A program made the translations under genes and the position numbers. From Phoronis australis (lineage: Eukaryota; Animalia; Phoronida): a DNA stretch of 64,000 bases. Shown here piece by piece: positions 1 through 14,734 of the stretch. Below the pieces are notes generated by a model. It worked only from the letters and a program-made list of their open reading frames with translations, was not told the DNA's origin and did not search any database. Position 1 is the stretch's first letter, and each line of letters starts with the position of its first letter. The DNA lies in the NCBI GenBank assembly GCA_002633005.1, contig NMRA01000130.1:124001-188000 (forward strand). Direction: 5' to 3'.

Positions 1-3000
1 CTTGTAATGGACCTCTTTCAAATAAGTATAAGCTTTAACTTTGTTTAAAAAGATTAACATCTACAGTGTGCAAATGGACTCAGTTTTCACATCACAAATT
101 TCAACCATATCCATCACGCCATAAAAAATCCTTGTAAAAAACCTTCTTCCATAGATATACATGCAGCAGCATTTGCTTGTGGAAAAGAAGACTAGGGTGA
201 AAGAATTTGGGGGGAGGGACATCGCTCGTGTGTCACTGCCACAGGGGCTAGTAATTCCGAGTTAAAATACTGAAACAATTGTTACGGTCAGAGTAAAAGA
301 GGTTGACATGTACTGTTCAGAGAGCCAACCACCATGAATGCGAAGGTTTGAATGAAATTGACCCCTTGAGAGATAAAAAAGATTGCATGCATAGTACATC
401 GCTGTGATTCCTAATTGAATAATTCCTCATCAATGACTTGTCATAAGTGTTCAGCCAAGAACAATAGCCACTAATACAGTGTAAGTAAACATGCGCAGAA
501 GTCACAGCTGAGTCCAAGTTCACTGACCACATGTTAGTCCTGAGATCAAATCAATAACATCCAAGTATACTTTCATAATTGTCATTAATACGATCCCACC
601 TTTCGACACGCATCAATTAAGTTGAACAGCAGGTTCAACACTGGTACTTTATTCAAAATGGTTCACATCCTGACTGCGAAAAGGACACACTGTTGGGAGT
701 TCATTTCAAGCCACATGGGTAACCTCAAAAATCAAGCTGCTTCATCAGATCACTCATAAAACTCCGGTGCATTTTGTGACAGATACCTAGCTAGATTACG
801 GTAAAAATTCTCCAGTTTGGGACAACGGAAGATTAATTACCAAATTTAGAAATGGGCAATACTGTCCGTCCCAAATTTAAGAATTAAGATCCACGGCAAA
901 TGAATGTTCACCTCGATGTTACCCCCTATGGAGCCACGTGAAAATGATATGTTGGTTGCTATTTTACAGTTGTCCAAATCTGAAGCATTATCAACTTCTG
1001 ACATCTCAGCCTAGAAGTGAACTGAGCATGAAAAAAGAAGAGATTTGTTTATAGCAAGTGGCCTAAATCAAAAGTTGATTTTTTACAGAAGACACAAATT
1101 TATGGACCTTTTGAATTTTCAATAATTGTGTGACTTGACTAGAATGGATTCAAAGACTTTGATGAGTGTCATCTACGGCGCTGCTGCTGTTTTTAAAAAT
1201 TATTGCATTGATAAGAATAACAGCACACCAAATGTGGTTAACAAGTTGCCCCGTTTCGGAGAAGCCAGAAACTCGCGAAAATGCAAGAACCTAAAAGTCT
1301 TCGCTAGATATCACCATCCTTAGAAGTGAAGCAAAATGGTCACGCAAGGTTTTCATGTCAGTCTATGTAATGCAGTCCACTTTACACAGCTAACAATCTA
1401 CTGAATTAATAAAACGTCTCAGAAAAGACTCTCAATTGGGTTTTATCTCCATAATAAATCAAGTTTTAAAAGATCTGTGCAATGTCTTTGATTCGTTGTG
1501 AACAATTGTCTATTTTTGCTTCAAACTGTTATCTCAACTTAGAGGTGATTTATTTGTTAACCGGATTTCAGTATAAAGTTTCCATAGAGATGATGAAGGT
1601 AATTTCACGCCTAAGGACATGGGCATTATCTGATCAAAGACAGCTCCGACAGAGAAAGATTATGAAAGAATTACACAAGAAATATATTGGCATACCACAA
1701 AGAAATCCATATAAATCTATTTAGCCAAATTAACTTATATTCGCTTAAAGTACGATCACGTGAAATTTAAAATTTGAGCACAACGTATAGTGAGTCTTTA
1801 CCCAAAAGACATTCTGATGGTGAAGTGCAACTTTCCAATGCTACCTGTAACTGAGGATTCAAATAGTACGGTAAACATCATACAAAGCGGATAGACCAGC
1901 TTTACTTCACATCAATACTACATTAAAGCTTTCAGTTTCCTCGTAAATCTCAGTCTGTTACATGCAATGGAAACGAGATAACCGGAACCAATACTCAACA
2001 AAATCTAGTCGCGCAAGAGTTTGCAAATCTTCCGTTTCACCACACGACTGTTTTTGCAATACGCTAATAAAAATGAAGGTCAGCGAGTAAATTTACAATA
2101 AAAACAAGATATTGTGGACTTTCGGTGCAGGGAAATCCCCTGGTGGTAGTACTTATTGATTGTCATCCATTAGGACCTGTTGCGAAGGTGAAAAAACTGA
2201 CGATTGATGAGACTACGTGACTGAAGCATTCAATGAAGGAGGATACAGCCATCAAATGGTTTAATCGCTAAATGTCTGCGCATTTTATTTTCAAAGAATG
2301 ATTTCTAACCCCCCTTTACATATCCAGTGAAACTTTTAGAGCATTCAACGATTTATATATGTAATATTGTCTGAATATGGGAAGGGGAGACTGTCCGGTG
2401 ATAGAGCCGCAGGTTGTACTGCCACCTGGTGGTAGAGGATGAGAAAGAGACAGTTCATGGAGACAGTTGGGCAGAAATTTACCTTTTTTCGTAAACAAAT
2501 ACTCAGAATTTATTTCAAACAAAATTGTCAAGACAATTCGTAGGTAGAAAAACTAGCAATTTTCAACATTCAAAACGATAGAAAGAACAAGTGACAAAGC
2601 TGCTACGGTAGAATCTCAACAATATACGGTAAAATAAGACAGACAAGAGAATTTTTCTTCATAAAAGATAAGTAACACCAAATACTTAAAAATTTATGCT
2701 TTATATCATAGGTACCATCATCAGTGAGAAACAGCGTTTAACTACTATGGAATGCTGTTGTCACGTCTTTCGACCATCATCTCTATCATCCCTGTACTGC
2801 TCCTAATTTCATAATTTGTCTTATTTGTGTCTTAGTCTTGTTATCAACGCCGTAACATGCTCATCACGGGCGTCTGTATCCTAATCCGCCTCATCGCCAT
2901 TCCCCTCGATCAATTTTACAAGGCACAGTACAAGCCAAAGTATTCAGCACTCGGACAAAATGACCCAAAATTTCCAGTGGTCAGAGTAGTCTCCCCTCAT

Positions 3001-6000
3001 GACCGAGAATGAAGAGGAAGCAACAGGAAAGTTAGTTAGGTGACTATAAGCCGTTATGTAATTAGAATTTTGCTGCCCAAAAAGTTTTCACCAGTGATCT
3101 TAAAAGTACATACAGAGTTACCTGTCATGAGGGGAGAACAGTATTGTATCTGGTTACTTTTGTTTTACGCTATATCCTTCCCTTCGGTAATTTCATTTAG
3201 TGTCACTGTGTACCTCCCTACTGCCCCCACTAATTGCACACAGCATTCCCAATTATCGGCCAATTACATTGGCAAGAAAATAGTTAACAGACACCACGCT
3301 TTTTCAAGTAGGTGTAGCATCATGTGATGGGTAGGTAATACAAACAGTGGAATGTAAGAGTTCCGGTAACCATGGTTCCCGTGTACTCTTCACTGTTATA
3401 AGAAATCTGTGAAAAGCATCAAATAATCTATCTCTAAAATACAGTATTTGGGCTACTCTACATACGCCCAGACATTCAAGGCAATTTGGCCAAGATAGGG
3501 TAATTACAGTAGAACAAATTGATGAACTTCGTTGAATTCGCATCGAATTGATTCGAGAATCCATTTTGCCAAGGACCTTTTAGAAGTCACCACTTGGTGT
3601 GCCCTGTTAGGCCACACGAGACGTCAGTTGACATTTGTCAGCCTTGTCAACAGCAGAGAATATTTACGATAAACAAAAAATGATGTTGGTATTCTTCACA
3701 AAATGTCTTATTTCACAAAAACCTCGTCTGTATGGAGTCAAAAAAGAGTTCTGGAAAACTAAATACTTTCATAAATCTTACTTTCAAGAATGAATTGTAT
3801 TTTTGACGAGGTGACCACCATTTTTAAGACATGGCGTTTGCACATGTATACAGTACACCAAGGAGTTACCCTACAATGAGCTTCGAGAAACACGGATCTT
3901 AATGCTTTGGTATTAATTAACACAGAGTATGTCATTAATACACGTCTCCCTTAATGTATTGATAAAAAAATTAAAAGTATCACAAAACATTGTCATGCCT
4001 TGATATAAAAAGACATGTGGGCTTCAGTGGTCTAATTACTCCGGGACAAGAGTATTGCAGTCAATTTGGACTCGAGCCAAGGATGTTGCAAATGGAAAGC
4101 AACAGAAAGCATTCACTGGGTAGTCTTAGCGAAGAATGGGTCTTACTTTTCCTAACCGAAACAGAATGGGAATAGAAAGTGTGGGAGCATTCATGGAATG
4201 AGGATCTCAGACTGCTTGAAAACAAGCGCCACCTGGTGAATTTCAAATGCCCCCTATTGTTTCGTCAAAATGGGATCGAATTGTTGCACGGTCATATTAA
4301 ATTACTTCCATTCAGAACACACGAATGTGGGAAAGTTGAATTTTATTTTAAAAATTTGCAGCAAGTACTAAAAATTTTAGTCTGTGCTGTACACCTCTAA
4401 ATAAATGAAGCCCATTTCGAAAATGGAATATCGCGGATTGATATTTGAGCAAAACTGAAGTACAGTATATGGTTTTTGAATTTGGCCAATAAGCAAAAAA
4501 GAGATCTTACCAATGGTGGAAAATAAAAATTCTCAATCCCAAGTTCTATCAACTGCAACGTCAGGTTGTTTTTGTTACTTAAAATGTCACAGTCGTAAGA
4601 TTTTTCCCCGTCGATTTGCACTTTTGGTAGTGACATTACCAGCACTCAAGGTACAGATTACTTTAATATCGATTTAAGATGACGCATTGCCATGTCACAA
4701 TACGGTAAGAGCAAAAAATTGTTTTGAGAATATACCTCAGCATGAACAGGTGGATTTAACAGCGGTGCGTCGATGCTCCAACACGGTCTGAACGGTTGAC
4801 TCCGGTGTTATCGGAGTCACCAGCAGGTGTCATCAATAATGTGACCTGTTATGGTATTATTTGAAGTTTTTTATTGTTCACCGTAATACAGCATGTGTTT
4901 CATTTCATTTCTTATCCGAAATTTGCACAATATTTTTCAAGTGTCATCTTACGATAATTTCATTGACCTACAAATGAAACTGTTTTAATTTCGGTGTGAA
5001 AGGTTCAACTAACAGTTTACACCAGCACTCCTCTGATACCAGAGTTAAGTTGGTATAAAAATGTCTTTACTGCCTCTCCGTGTGAATATTGAGATAAATA
5101 CGCTGATGTGAATAGGTTACAACGCCATCTGGAGCCTTGGTCTTCTAAATGAAATGGTGGAAAATAAAACTACATGATGTTATCATTTATGATAAAATGT
5201 AAATTTTAGTTGCTATTGACCACACAACATTACGGTACATCAGCTCTTTCAAACTCAGTGTATTGTGTAATAGTGCACAAAGCTAATGAAACCAACACTG
5301 CGGAAAAACATTAATATTAGAATTTGAAACGTTCTTCTACTTTCTCTCAGATACTCTACAGACACATGGCACCAGCCTGGCCATGGAATACATTAGAAGC
5401 CGGCAAAACATACCTCAAGAGGAATGAACACACAGGTATGTATTGATGACGTCAATTCAAATTTTTTTAAATGTCAAGTAGTAGAATATTAAAAATGCTT
5501 AAATTATGAAGATGAAGTAAGCGAGCTTTTAACACAGGAAGTAGGGTCGTGATTGGTTGAGTTTCGAGTCTCGAGTCGAGTCTGAGTTTGGAATTAAGAT
5601 CCTAAGCCCAGATGTGAAATGTCAACTGTTGATTTATTAATTTTAACCTCAAGGTGTAATGTAACTGGTGTTACGTAACCTTTTGTGCAAAAACGTTACC
5701 TACTGATGAAAAGTAAATCTTCTGATCATAAATGCAGAAGATTTTAAAATTTTTCATTCCTATGTTTTAGCTAAAGGCTTTAAGAAACGGCCTTGCAGCT
5801 GCATCTTGCAAGATGGTGCTCCAAAAATGTGCAGGGATTTTTTTTCAATTTTGAAGTCTCGCCAACATGGTTGTATAATAAAATGACAGTATCATATAAT
5901 ACCTCAACAGGGGCCTTTACCGACACCTTCCCAAATATGCAGAGGTACCCAAGTTAACAGTGCAAACTGCATCAAAGCTATGGTGTTCAATCCACCTCAT

Positions 6001-7317
6001 TGCTACGAAGTTCGCTTACACCGTTAATTTCAATACAGGGCCAAAGTTGCCTCTTCATACCAACCAACACTGCCCATAACATTGATGAGTAGACGTTGGT
6101 ATGAAAAACCTTCTGAAGGTTAAAAGGTAAGTCATAAAACGTAAAAGCTCAAAGTCGCCATTACAACTGAGATAACAAATTAACAGGAACATGTTATGGT
6201 CAGGTGTGAAAAGGAAATATTACTGGCAACACTGGTGTGAAAATTAGCCTGGTATTTGTTTACGGCATGCTGTGTGCATGTGGAGGCTGTCAGGGGCAAA
6301 CAAGCCAAACCAAAACTATGCCAGAGCACCTCACTAAATCACCATTGCATTCAACTCCGATTACCAAGACACGTGTGGAAGGGCAAAGCACACCGATTAG
6401 CCTCGTAACAGAGCTTCACGTAGAAATTCATGAACAGAACATGTTGAATTTCAGACTATGGTAAAAATTCTTCAGTTTCAGACGCAATGTCGCGGACAAG
6501 TGAAATTTTATTTCATCAAATGTCACTACTGAAATAAATTTTCATGAAATTTTATTGTTTACTGTGCTTTTCGCCTACTATGTACTGTGCAGCGGTCGCC
6601 TAATGTCACCTGGTAAATCTTGTGAGCGTTTGCAGCTATGTAGTAAGCCTCCGAAAAATAAAAAATTCCAAAATAGCAATCATTTCTCTCCCAAATTGAC
6701 TAATTCTGAAACTTCATCCAGCCAGGTTTCATGTTTTAGACATCTTTCAATTTCAGAGACCTTTACTGCAACAGCACAAAGTTAAAAAGGAATTTAAGAG
6801 CTTTTGTAAATAACTTGGGAGACTGAATAAATTAATGTTATGCTGAGAGACATTTCTTTGGGCCCAAGGGAGGTAATTCCCATGAGGCTTAGCCATCATA
6901 GTCAGAACACCAGTACAAACTGTTTGCAGGTGATGTTAGTAAAAGTACATCAGAGCTGATTTGTAATCAACTTTTTTATCATTAACCTAATTCATAATGA
7001 CACGTAGATGAGGAAATTTAAATCTACACAAAATCACGCAGTTGTGGCTTGAACAATCGTAAACTACAAACAAAAAAGCTAATCCGTAATTCTGAAAATG
7101 AATGAAATTGGATATTAATGCATAATCGATTCACGCTTCTCAGTTCAACGCGTAAATGCAATGTTGAAGGAAGCTTTTGTATTTATTTGTAATAAAGATA
7201 TCGTTAAGTGAGCGAACTCCGTGTTTGTTGTTTACCTTATTTTGTACATGTTTTCAACTAAACAAGGGGTAATCAAATATCAATTAGTGCAAAGATGTCG
7301 ACTTGGAACCATTTTCA

Positions 7318-8158
7318 AGGTAGGACCCTCGAAAAATGACCGAATCTAGTTAACTTTTGAGCATCATAACTCAGAAATGGCCGACTGGATTGAAATGAAA
7401 CTTTATCAGATACTATGGCTTATGCACTGTTCGCTAAAAGGTCGTTACGAATTGGAGTTAAAATGTTCAAAAACAGGACTTTACGATTTCCATGAAAAAA
7501 TCCTGAAGTTGCATAAACCAAAAACAACATGATATTTTAGAAAACTGGAACAGCATTTTCGAGATATCTCCTTGATCATTTATATCAAATAAAACTTGAC
7601 CACGTTAATTGTATCGCTGTTTCGCTATCCACGTACCTGTCTTTTTTGTTAAGTTTTACTAAAAATGACATGACATGGTCACGTGACCCAACCAATAATA
7701 GACATTAAAATGCTAAAATCTAGTTTTCTAGGTATTTGGCTTAACAGACAGACCTGTTAGCAAAGACTGACATAACTTCATAAGATTAAGAGCTGAGTGA
7801 CAAAGCTGGTTTTACAGCCAAATTACTGCACTTTTGTAATCAGTGTATTGTTGAATAGGGTAGACTTCTTGAAGTGATTAGCTTTGACCAGAGCCAAAAA
7901 CAACAAAATCCCTCCTGTTTTTGAGACCGCTGAGGCCATGAGTTTGAATCTGTCTTGGGGATGCCTGAACATTTAATCACTTTTGTCTGTAATTTTGTCA
8001 GTCCCTTTAAAGCTGAACATGTCCAATTGCAGTTCATTAAATTTTACCAAATATGGAACTTAATTTCCCCTACTTTACAATTCATTATGCACAAGTGTAT
8101 GTTTTAGTTTAAATAATACCATATTTCTTAATACCACGCGGCACACAGAGCTAGACCT
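7318..8158. mobile_element. Old interspersed repeat; an inverted fragment of the same family lies at ~16360-16580
   Basis: 7632-7690 (acgtacctgtcttttttgttaagttttactaaaaatgac...ggtcacgtgaccca) is the approximate reverse complement of 16434-16488. Boundaries are approximate. Confidence 0.55.
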
Positions 8159-11100
8159 CGATGATGAAAAAGGTACTACGAAAATTTCGGATGAAAAATT
8201 CTATGAAATGGTTGTATTACAATTTTGACTAATCAAAATTCCGAGTTTGGAGTAAATCTATTCAATTGTTTATCGCACCTCGTTATCGTTGCAACAGGAG
8301 GGATTGTAGGTGATTCAGTTCTCTAACTAATTGCACTTGTAACCTAAAAGCCATTTAGATTTACTGATACAGTGTTGTAGGAATTTCTAAATACTGTAAA
8401 ATTTCACCACTTTTGGAAAAAAATGCCAAAATTGATCTTTTTCATTTTTCAAATGTTTCAAACCTTGTTGTGAATACCCACAATTTATTAAAACAGTTCC
8501 TGTCCATAGGTATATCATATAGAATTTAAAAAGGGTGAAAAAATATTTACTACATACTTTTTATGAAAAAATGAGCATACAAAACTTCACTTATCTGCCA
8601 AATCAGGCCCTAAATTGCTGAGATTCAAACATATCACAATCGCACAGCAGTGACACACCATTACTGGCAATAAACACAGGGGGCACCACTTAACGGTCGG
8701 AACATCAAAAAGGAAAAATTCTGCTTATGGTTTCAGAGAAAAATACCAAACAATGTCTACAGCTAATGAAAAACACTACCTCTAATTCGGAACAACACAG
8801 CTTGTGAAATAGGAAAAAACGTATAACAGCAGAAGGTAAATTGGGAAAAACATACTGTCAAAATTTGGAGAGTGACAATAATATTTAAACCGTTTAACTG
8901 ACACTGACAGCGACCTCTGATGGTAGCATTACAAAACGACTCTATGTCATCTGGGACCCAGCAAGTAATTTCAGTAATCCTTGTTATTTCAAATCAGCAC
9001 TAAGTATAACCTCAAGTCAATGTTCATTGACCCAGGTTCAAAGGTCGTACCATTGTTGCAGAACAATAGTCAGAGATAACAGAGTAAGACAACTGGACAT
9101 CACTTGAGGGAACACACATTTTAGCCGAGATATAATAACCCATTTTTGTTAGTCATAGGTTCAAGGTAGGAGGGGTTCGCTTGTTACAGGTGGGCAACTA
9201 ACTACAGCATTCTACTGAAACAACTAAAAGTCTGTCAAATTTCAATCACACCACTATAAAGCAAACCCTCTGGGCAATATCACAGCACCATGATCATAAA
9301 AACCAAGTGTCACGCTATTAATGGTAGAAAAATTAATATTGGGACAAAACGGATAGACGTATAAATAAGACTTGCGTCCGAGCTTGAAACTCACGAAAAC
9401 AAAACATAAAATTAAATAATAAAAAACTGAATGTGGTGTGATGGAAAAAGGATACAATATAGATGGTTTAAACAGATCAGCTGGTCCGCATGTTGTATTA
9501 GAATCTGAATGCATCCTGCATTATTTAAGACAGCGTAGGGTTTTTTTCAGCAACGCAACTTTAACGAACCCGCTGGCTTAAGTAAAATGACAGTGTGTCA
9601 ATTTTAATGTGCCAATGATGCAGGGCACGCTTCTAAAATTATCCCCAGGGTTTGTTGTTTGCTGGTTCTGAACTGCGATTTAGGGATCCTGGCTCTGGAA
9701 ATTGGAGGGACTGTTGCCCCTGAATATGGGATGACAAAGTCTGCATCTGAACCCAACATAGTCAATAAACATAATGACCCATCCAAATACACCAATTACA
9801 TGCCTATACAAGAGATGTACAAATATCTGACTCACATGAACAAAACCACCCTAGACTGAAAGAAACAACCTCTAGACCACAACAAGGTAAAAAAAACCCA
9901 AGGCGAGGATGTGGTTACATGTCCAAAGATGTGGTTACATGTCCAAAGATTTGGCCTCTGATGCAAATAATTCTGAGAAAATCAAAGGTAGGACTCACCT
10001 TAAGCCCAGTGAGTAGGCAAATACAATGACATTTTGTGATGAAACGAACCCCTGGTGTTTACATACATGCACTATAAATCATGGTTATTGGCAATAAACC
10101 TACTAGCTGACAGAAAACAGTATGTAATTTGGCTAGAAAACATGGAAGACTCCACAAAACACTTGTTAGATTTCACATTGAACTTTTATTAATCGATCCT
10201 TTGGGTAAATTAGTCTATCCAGCCACTGTTTTTCTTTTGAAGAACATACATAAAATACTCTCAAGTGTCGCTTAAGAAACCGCTACCAACTGCATTCAGT
10301 ACTCCCCTACTCACCAGATGTCACTAGCAGGCAACACCTGAACTGGTGTTTACCTGTGTTAGAGTGTTATTTGACCTTCTTGATTTATTTCCTGCTTGTC
10401 TCTCCTATCACAATTTGATAAGTTTCTTCATGGGCAGCCTGACAACATTTGCATGGCAAAATAAATATCACATTCCGGTACACATGAATACTGCACTGTG
10501 TTTACGAAATACAAAGAGCTTCATCTTTTTTTTCTATATTCTAATATTCCGGATTATTTTTTATTGCATATACAAGAGAGAGACAAGTAAATGGCTTTTA
10601 ACACAATTCATATAATTCAGAATCGGTCAGGTAGGGTATTTCGTTCTGGTACTTGAAGTAAAAGTTAGTGGAGAGAGGAAACTACCTCTTTAGAAATTCC
10701 ATTCCCATCTTGTGTGTATAAACAGTGGATATGTTTGGGTTACAGTGCTCCAATTAAGTAGCAAGTTTTTGTAAACAGGGCAGCAGGAGTGTTCTTTTGA
10801 TCTTTTACCTAGAAAAGTTTTCACCAAGTAAGGTTTCAAGGTACCTTTCAAACACTTTTTGTAAGATGACCTCATATTTGGCATACTAATCGGTGCTTTC
10901 CACAACCCGTTTGTTTCAATGTGTCGTTAAGACCCGTTTGGCAGTGCAGCATTTGTAAAACATTTGAATGGTCGTGGCATGTTTAAAAAAAGAGCAACCG
11001 CTTCGAAAAAAGGCATCGCCATAGCTAACGAAATTTTACTGCTGCAAATTCCAGGCTTAAGAACAATTGCCCATAGTTCACTGAAACTGAAACTTATTAG

Positions 11101-11550
11101 TGAGTAACAAAGCAGGTAAAAAGTGCAACTTAAAGCACATTTGCACTACAGAGAATGTCTTTCTGCACACTTCTGACACATTTGTTGGCATGGAGGCACT
11201 TCCGATAAATCTGTTTTCTGGCGTGAAGAACACTGGTACTTGACTATAGTCCCAAATTTTAAGTTGGCTAGCACTTTCAACTTTCAATTTTCTACCGTTT
11301 TAACCGCTGAAACTGCTAGCATTTTCGCCATTCATGTGAACGTAGTATTTGTTATAAAACAAAAAATGCTTCAACCCACTGAGCTGATGTTGAATGAGCG
11401 TATTTTGATCAAACTTAGTCAACCGATTTAAGTTTACAGTCACACAATACAAACGCTACCTATAGCAACGAAGCTCCTTTTGGTAAATATTAGTTGTGCA
11501 ATGACTAAACCTATACCAAAGTTGACGCAAATGGCCTGGTTGGTGGCAAC

Positions 11551-11582
11551 ATATATATTTATATATATATATATATATATAT
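11551..11582. repeat. (AT)n microsatellite
   Basis: Direct reading, one interruption. Confidence 0.95.
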
Positions 11583-11893
11583 GCACTTAGTCTTATCTGG
11601 GATTTTCACTTACCAAGACTCGAAATGTTCACAAGTCACATTTCTCTATCATTCGATGTTGCAAATGTCTAGAAGGATTCTATGTTGACTTAATATACAA
11701 GTCTCAAATCATGTTTTTGAGATCGAAGCATCTAAACCAGGGACTACACATCTAAACTTGGTAACTAATCTATCAAGAATGCTCCCTTACATGATTCATA
11801 AATTGCTCTATTGGATATAGTGACATTTATCATCATACACTTACTGTGCACACATAACTTTATCAGTATAATATCCGGACCTAAGTGCCTTCA

Positions 11894-12416
11894 CTGGGGG
11901 GGTACTAGATTACAGTGGTGCAGCTGAAAATTGGGATACCCATCCCTTTAAAAAGTCACCCTTTCGCAGAGCTTGGTTCCAGAGACGCTACCCTTTTGTA
12001 GGGGTTAATTTGTTCATAGGGATTTTTAGAGAACTGATTTTTTAACTCATAATGCCTGAAATGGAAATTGTCTGTTTTAATGAGCACGCATTTTGAGACC
12101 CAGTTTTCTCCACAGCATGGAATAATGGACATCAAATTGGTTCTCAACATGCCGGCATGTAATATCCGACTATTGCTCTTGGAATAATAAATCAACATAT
12201 ATCAGCGAGACAAAAATGTGCATTTCATTTGTAACCTAAAATACGGACAACCTTTTGTAGTTTTTAACTCCCAAAGTGAACTCTTTTGATGCGGAAAGCC
12301 ACCATTGGACAGCGAATTTTGTCAGAAAAGGTACTCTTTCAAAGGAAAGATGGTCGTGAAAAGTCCCCCTTTTGAGCGACACATCTGATAACCTCATCTA
12401 CGGGAATACCCCCTAG
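11894..12416. mobile_element. Decayed MITE with GGGGGGTACT...AATACCCCC termini
   Basis: Imperfect TIR ctgggggggtact / aataccccctag and recurrent accc-ttt motifs inside. TSD not resolved. Confidence 0.5.
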
Positions 12417-14640
12417 AGCAGAAACATCAGGGGGTAACAGCAGGTAATCCATGTTGTGTTATCGGAGTGTACAAGATCTAGTAAACTGATTTATCAAAAC
12501 CTCAAGTCACTCTGACAATTTTCAGACTGGGGCAAAGGGATCACTATCCAAAGAAGTGAACTTCAGGTGTGAACCCTTAGTTATGGCAAGCAGATTCCGC
12601 TGCAACTTTTTCATGCTCCACGGGGGGGAGTCCTAATTGGTGAAACGGGAATGACTACGTACACAACCGGAGTCATTTTGTGAATTACCAAACATGCGGG
12701 TCTCTATAAGAGACTAGATCAACAAATTGAACAGATACTCGATTTTTTTTCTCGTAACATAGGGGACAAATACTGTGGAATCAATCCCTGTATCATTTTT
12801 AAGCTCAATATCAAAACCAATATCCGACAATGTTTCAGATATTGTGACCGTCTGCAATGCAGCTAAAAACTTTTGAAAACTGGAAAAGGACAATTACGTT
12901 TGCCAGTATTTGACAGTGTATGTCATTGATGATATAATGACTTACTGGTGGCTGGGTAAAGCTATTCAATATACCATAATGAACAGTACCATCATGGGCA
13001 ATACTGTCATAACCATTCAAGTGAGCAGAGATGATGACAGGGATTTTAAAATGAGGTAATCCCCTTCTGTCAGCTTCACTCGATTATCTGGATGATAAAT
13101 TTTCACAAAAAATACAACAAATAAAAAAGGTATTCAAACGGAATAAACACCAGGCAATGCTGTCATTTTTACCGGGGCTATCTGCATAATAAATCTTGCA
13201 AATACTTAAAAGAGCTACCAAACATCCGGTAAGCGCATATATTTATCATCCAGGTACACTGTTGTTATCGCTCAACGATAATGATAAGAGCATCGGTCAT
13301 CGACTGCGTGAGTGCGGGCACAGACTCTGGTCAACCATACCGGTCAGTGAGTGGTCACCACAAATGACCACAATTTGCTATTTTTTAGCCAGAAGGGTAA
13401 GACGTCATGACATGAGACAAAGCCACATCCTTCTAATTGCTTGGAGTGGTTAAGGGGAAATATATCAGTAAATAAATACTTGAAGTACAGCAGTAAAGTT
13501 GTAGTTGTAGCATTTTAATGTCAAAGCATTTAATAGAATGAACGAAAAGTTTGATACATTCATGGTTAACGGAAACAGCTAATACTGACCAGAAAAAATA
13601 TCCAATTAACAAATCTAAAATTGAGAAACTACATAATCTGACTTTTTGTGAAACACCATAAAGCGCAAATTTAAGTCCCTCGGGTTGAAGTTCAGTATTG
13701 CGTCCTATGTGTGGAGTTATTTCTTAGCAATTGAAGCTCGCTTAAAAAAATAAGAAAAGGTGCTCAACGTGGGCACTCAAACATGCAGAATTCTGGGAAA
13801 TGAGAGCATTTCTAGCAAACTCAAGGTGGCATTCCGTAGACCAAGCAACATCATTCAAGACTAAACAAACTCATGCGAGTGAAAGGTGAGTGTTTTGTGA
13901 GTATGCTTAGAAGATTACAAGCATAATATAGCAAAACTGCAATCACAAAGTGATTGGTCGGTGAGATTGCAACGTTGAATCATGGGATGGAATTCAAAAA
14001 TATAAAACAGAAATTACTATTTCTGTCTCCATAAATGAAGATTTTTGCCGCCAATGCAACCTTATGTGCTCTGTGGCTAAGGAATGTAGCCACTGGGATC
14101 ATGCAACTGCAGGATAATTTAAAATGAATACAGGACTCCACCATGTGAACTCTGACTCCAGCAGTGTTATCACTGGCCAAGTCATCCAAATATTTACCAC
14201 AACAATAGACACAATGTCATGAGGTAACCGCAAAGGTGATAGTAGTTGTCTTGAATGACACTCAGTCAGGTTTGAATAAATGTTGAGGAAAAAGCCCTTG
14301 TTGGAACCTCTGATATGAGGAAGCTTTGAGCCAATAACACCTCTCTGTTCTTGAAATTACCTCACATGTAGCAGTGATTTTTTCATAGACAGGTAATACC
14401 AAATAGCAGGGCCTTATCTTTATTCCGCTGTACATCGTAGCTATGTCTTGTTGGCACTCACAATGGTGTCTGTAGTTGTAAAGCCTTTGCAAAATGAAAA
14501 AAGATCAAATTTTGGAAATATTTGTGTCCAAACATCAGGTGAGAATTTACCATAGGTTGTGTAAATCAAGTCATTCAGTTGCCAATCATATTGCGCCGAA
14601 ATCTGAGTCCACATCCAAGCGCAGTGGAAGTCCGTTTCTA

Positions 14641-14734
14641 CTGTTCATGTTCAGACTGTTCATTACCCTGTTCAAGTTCAGAATGTTCATCAACCCTGTT
14701 CATGTTCAGAATGTTCATTACCCCTGTTCATGTT
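14641..14734. repeat. 27-28-bp tandem repeat, ~3.4 copies (CTGTTCATGTTCAGAATGTTCATTACC)
   Basis: Direct reading, with an internal TGTTCA sub-period. Confidence 0.9.
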
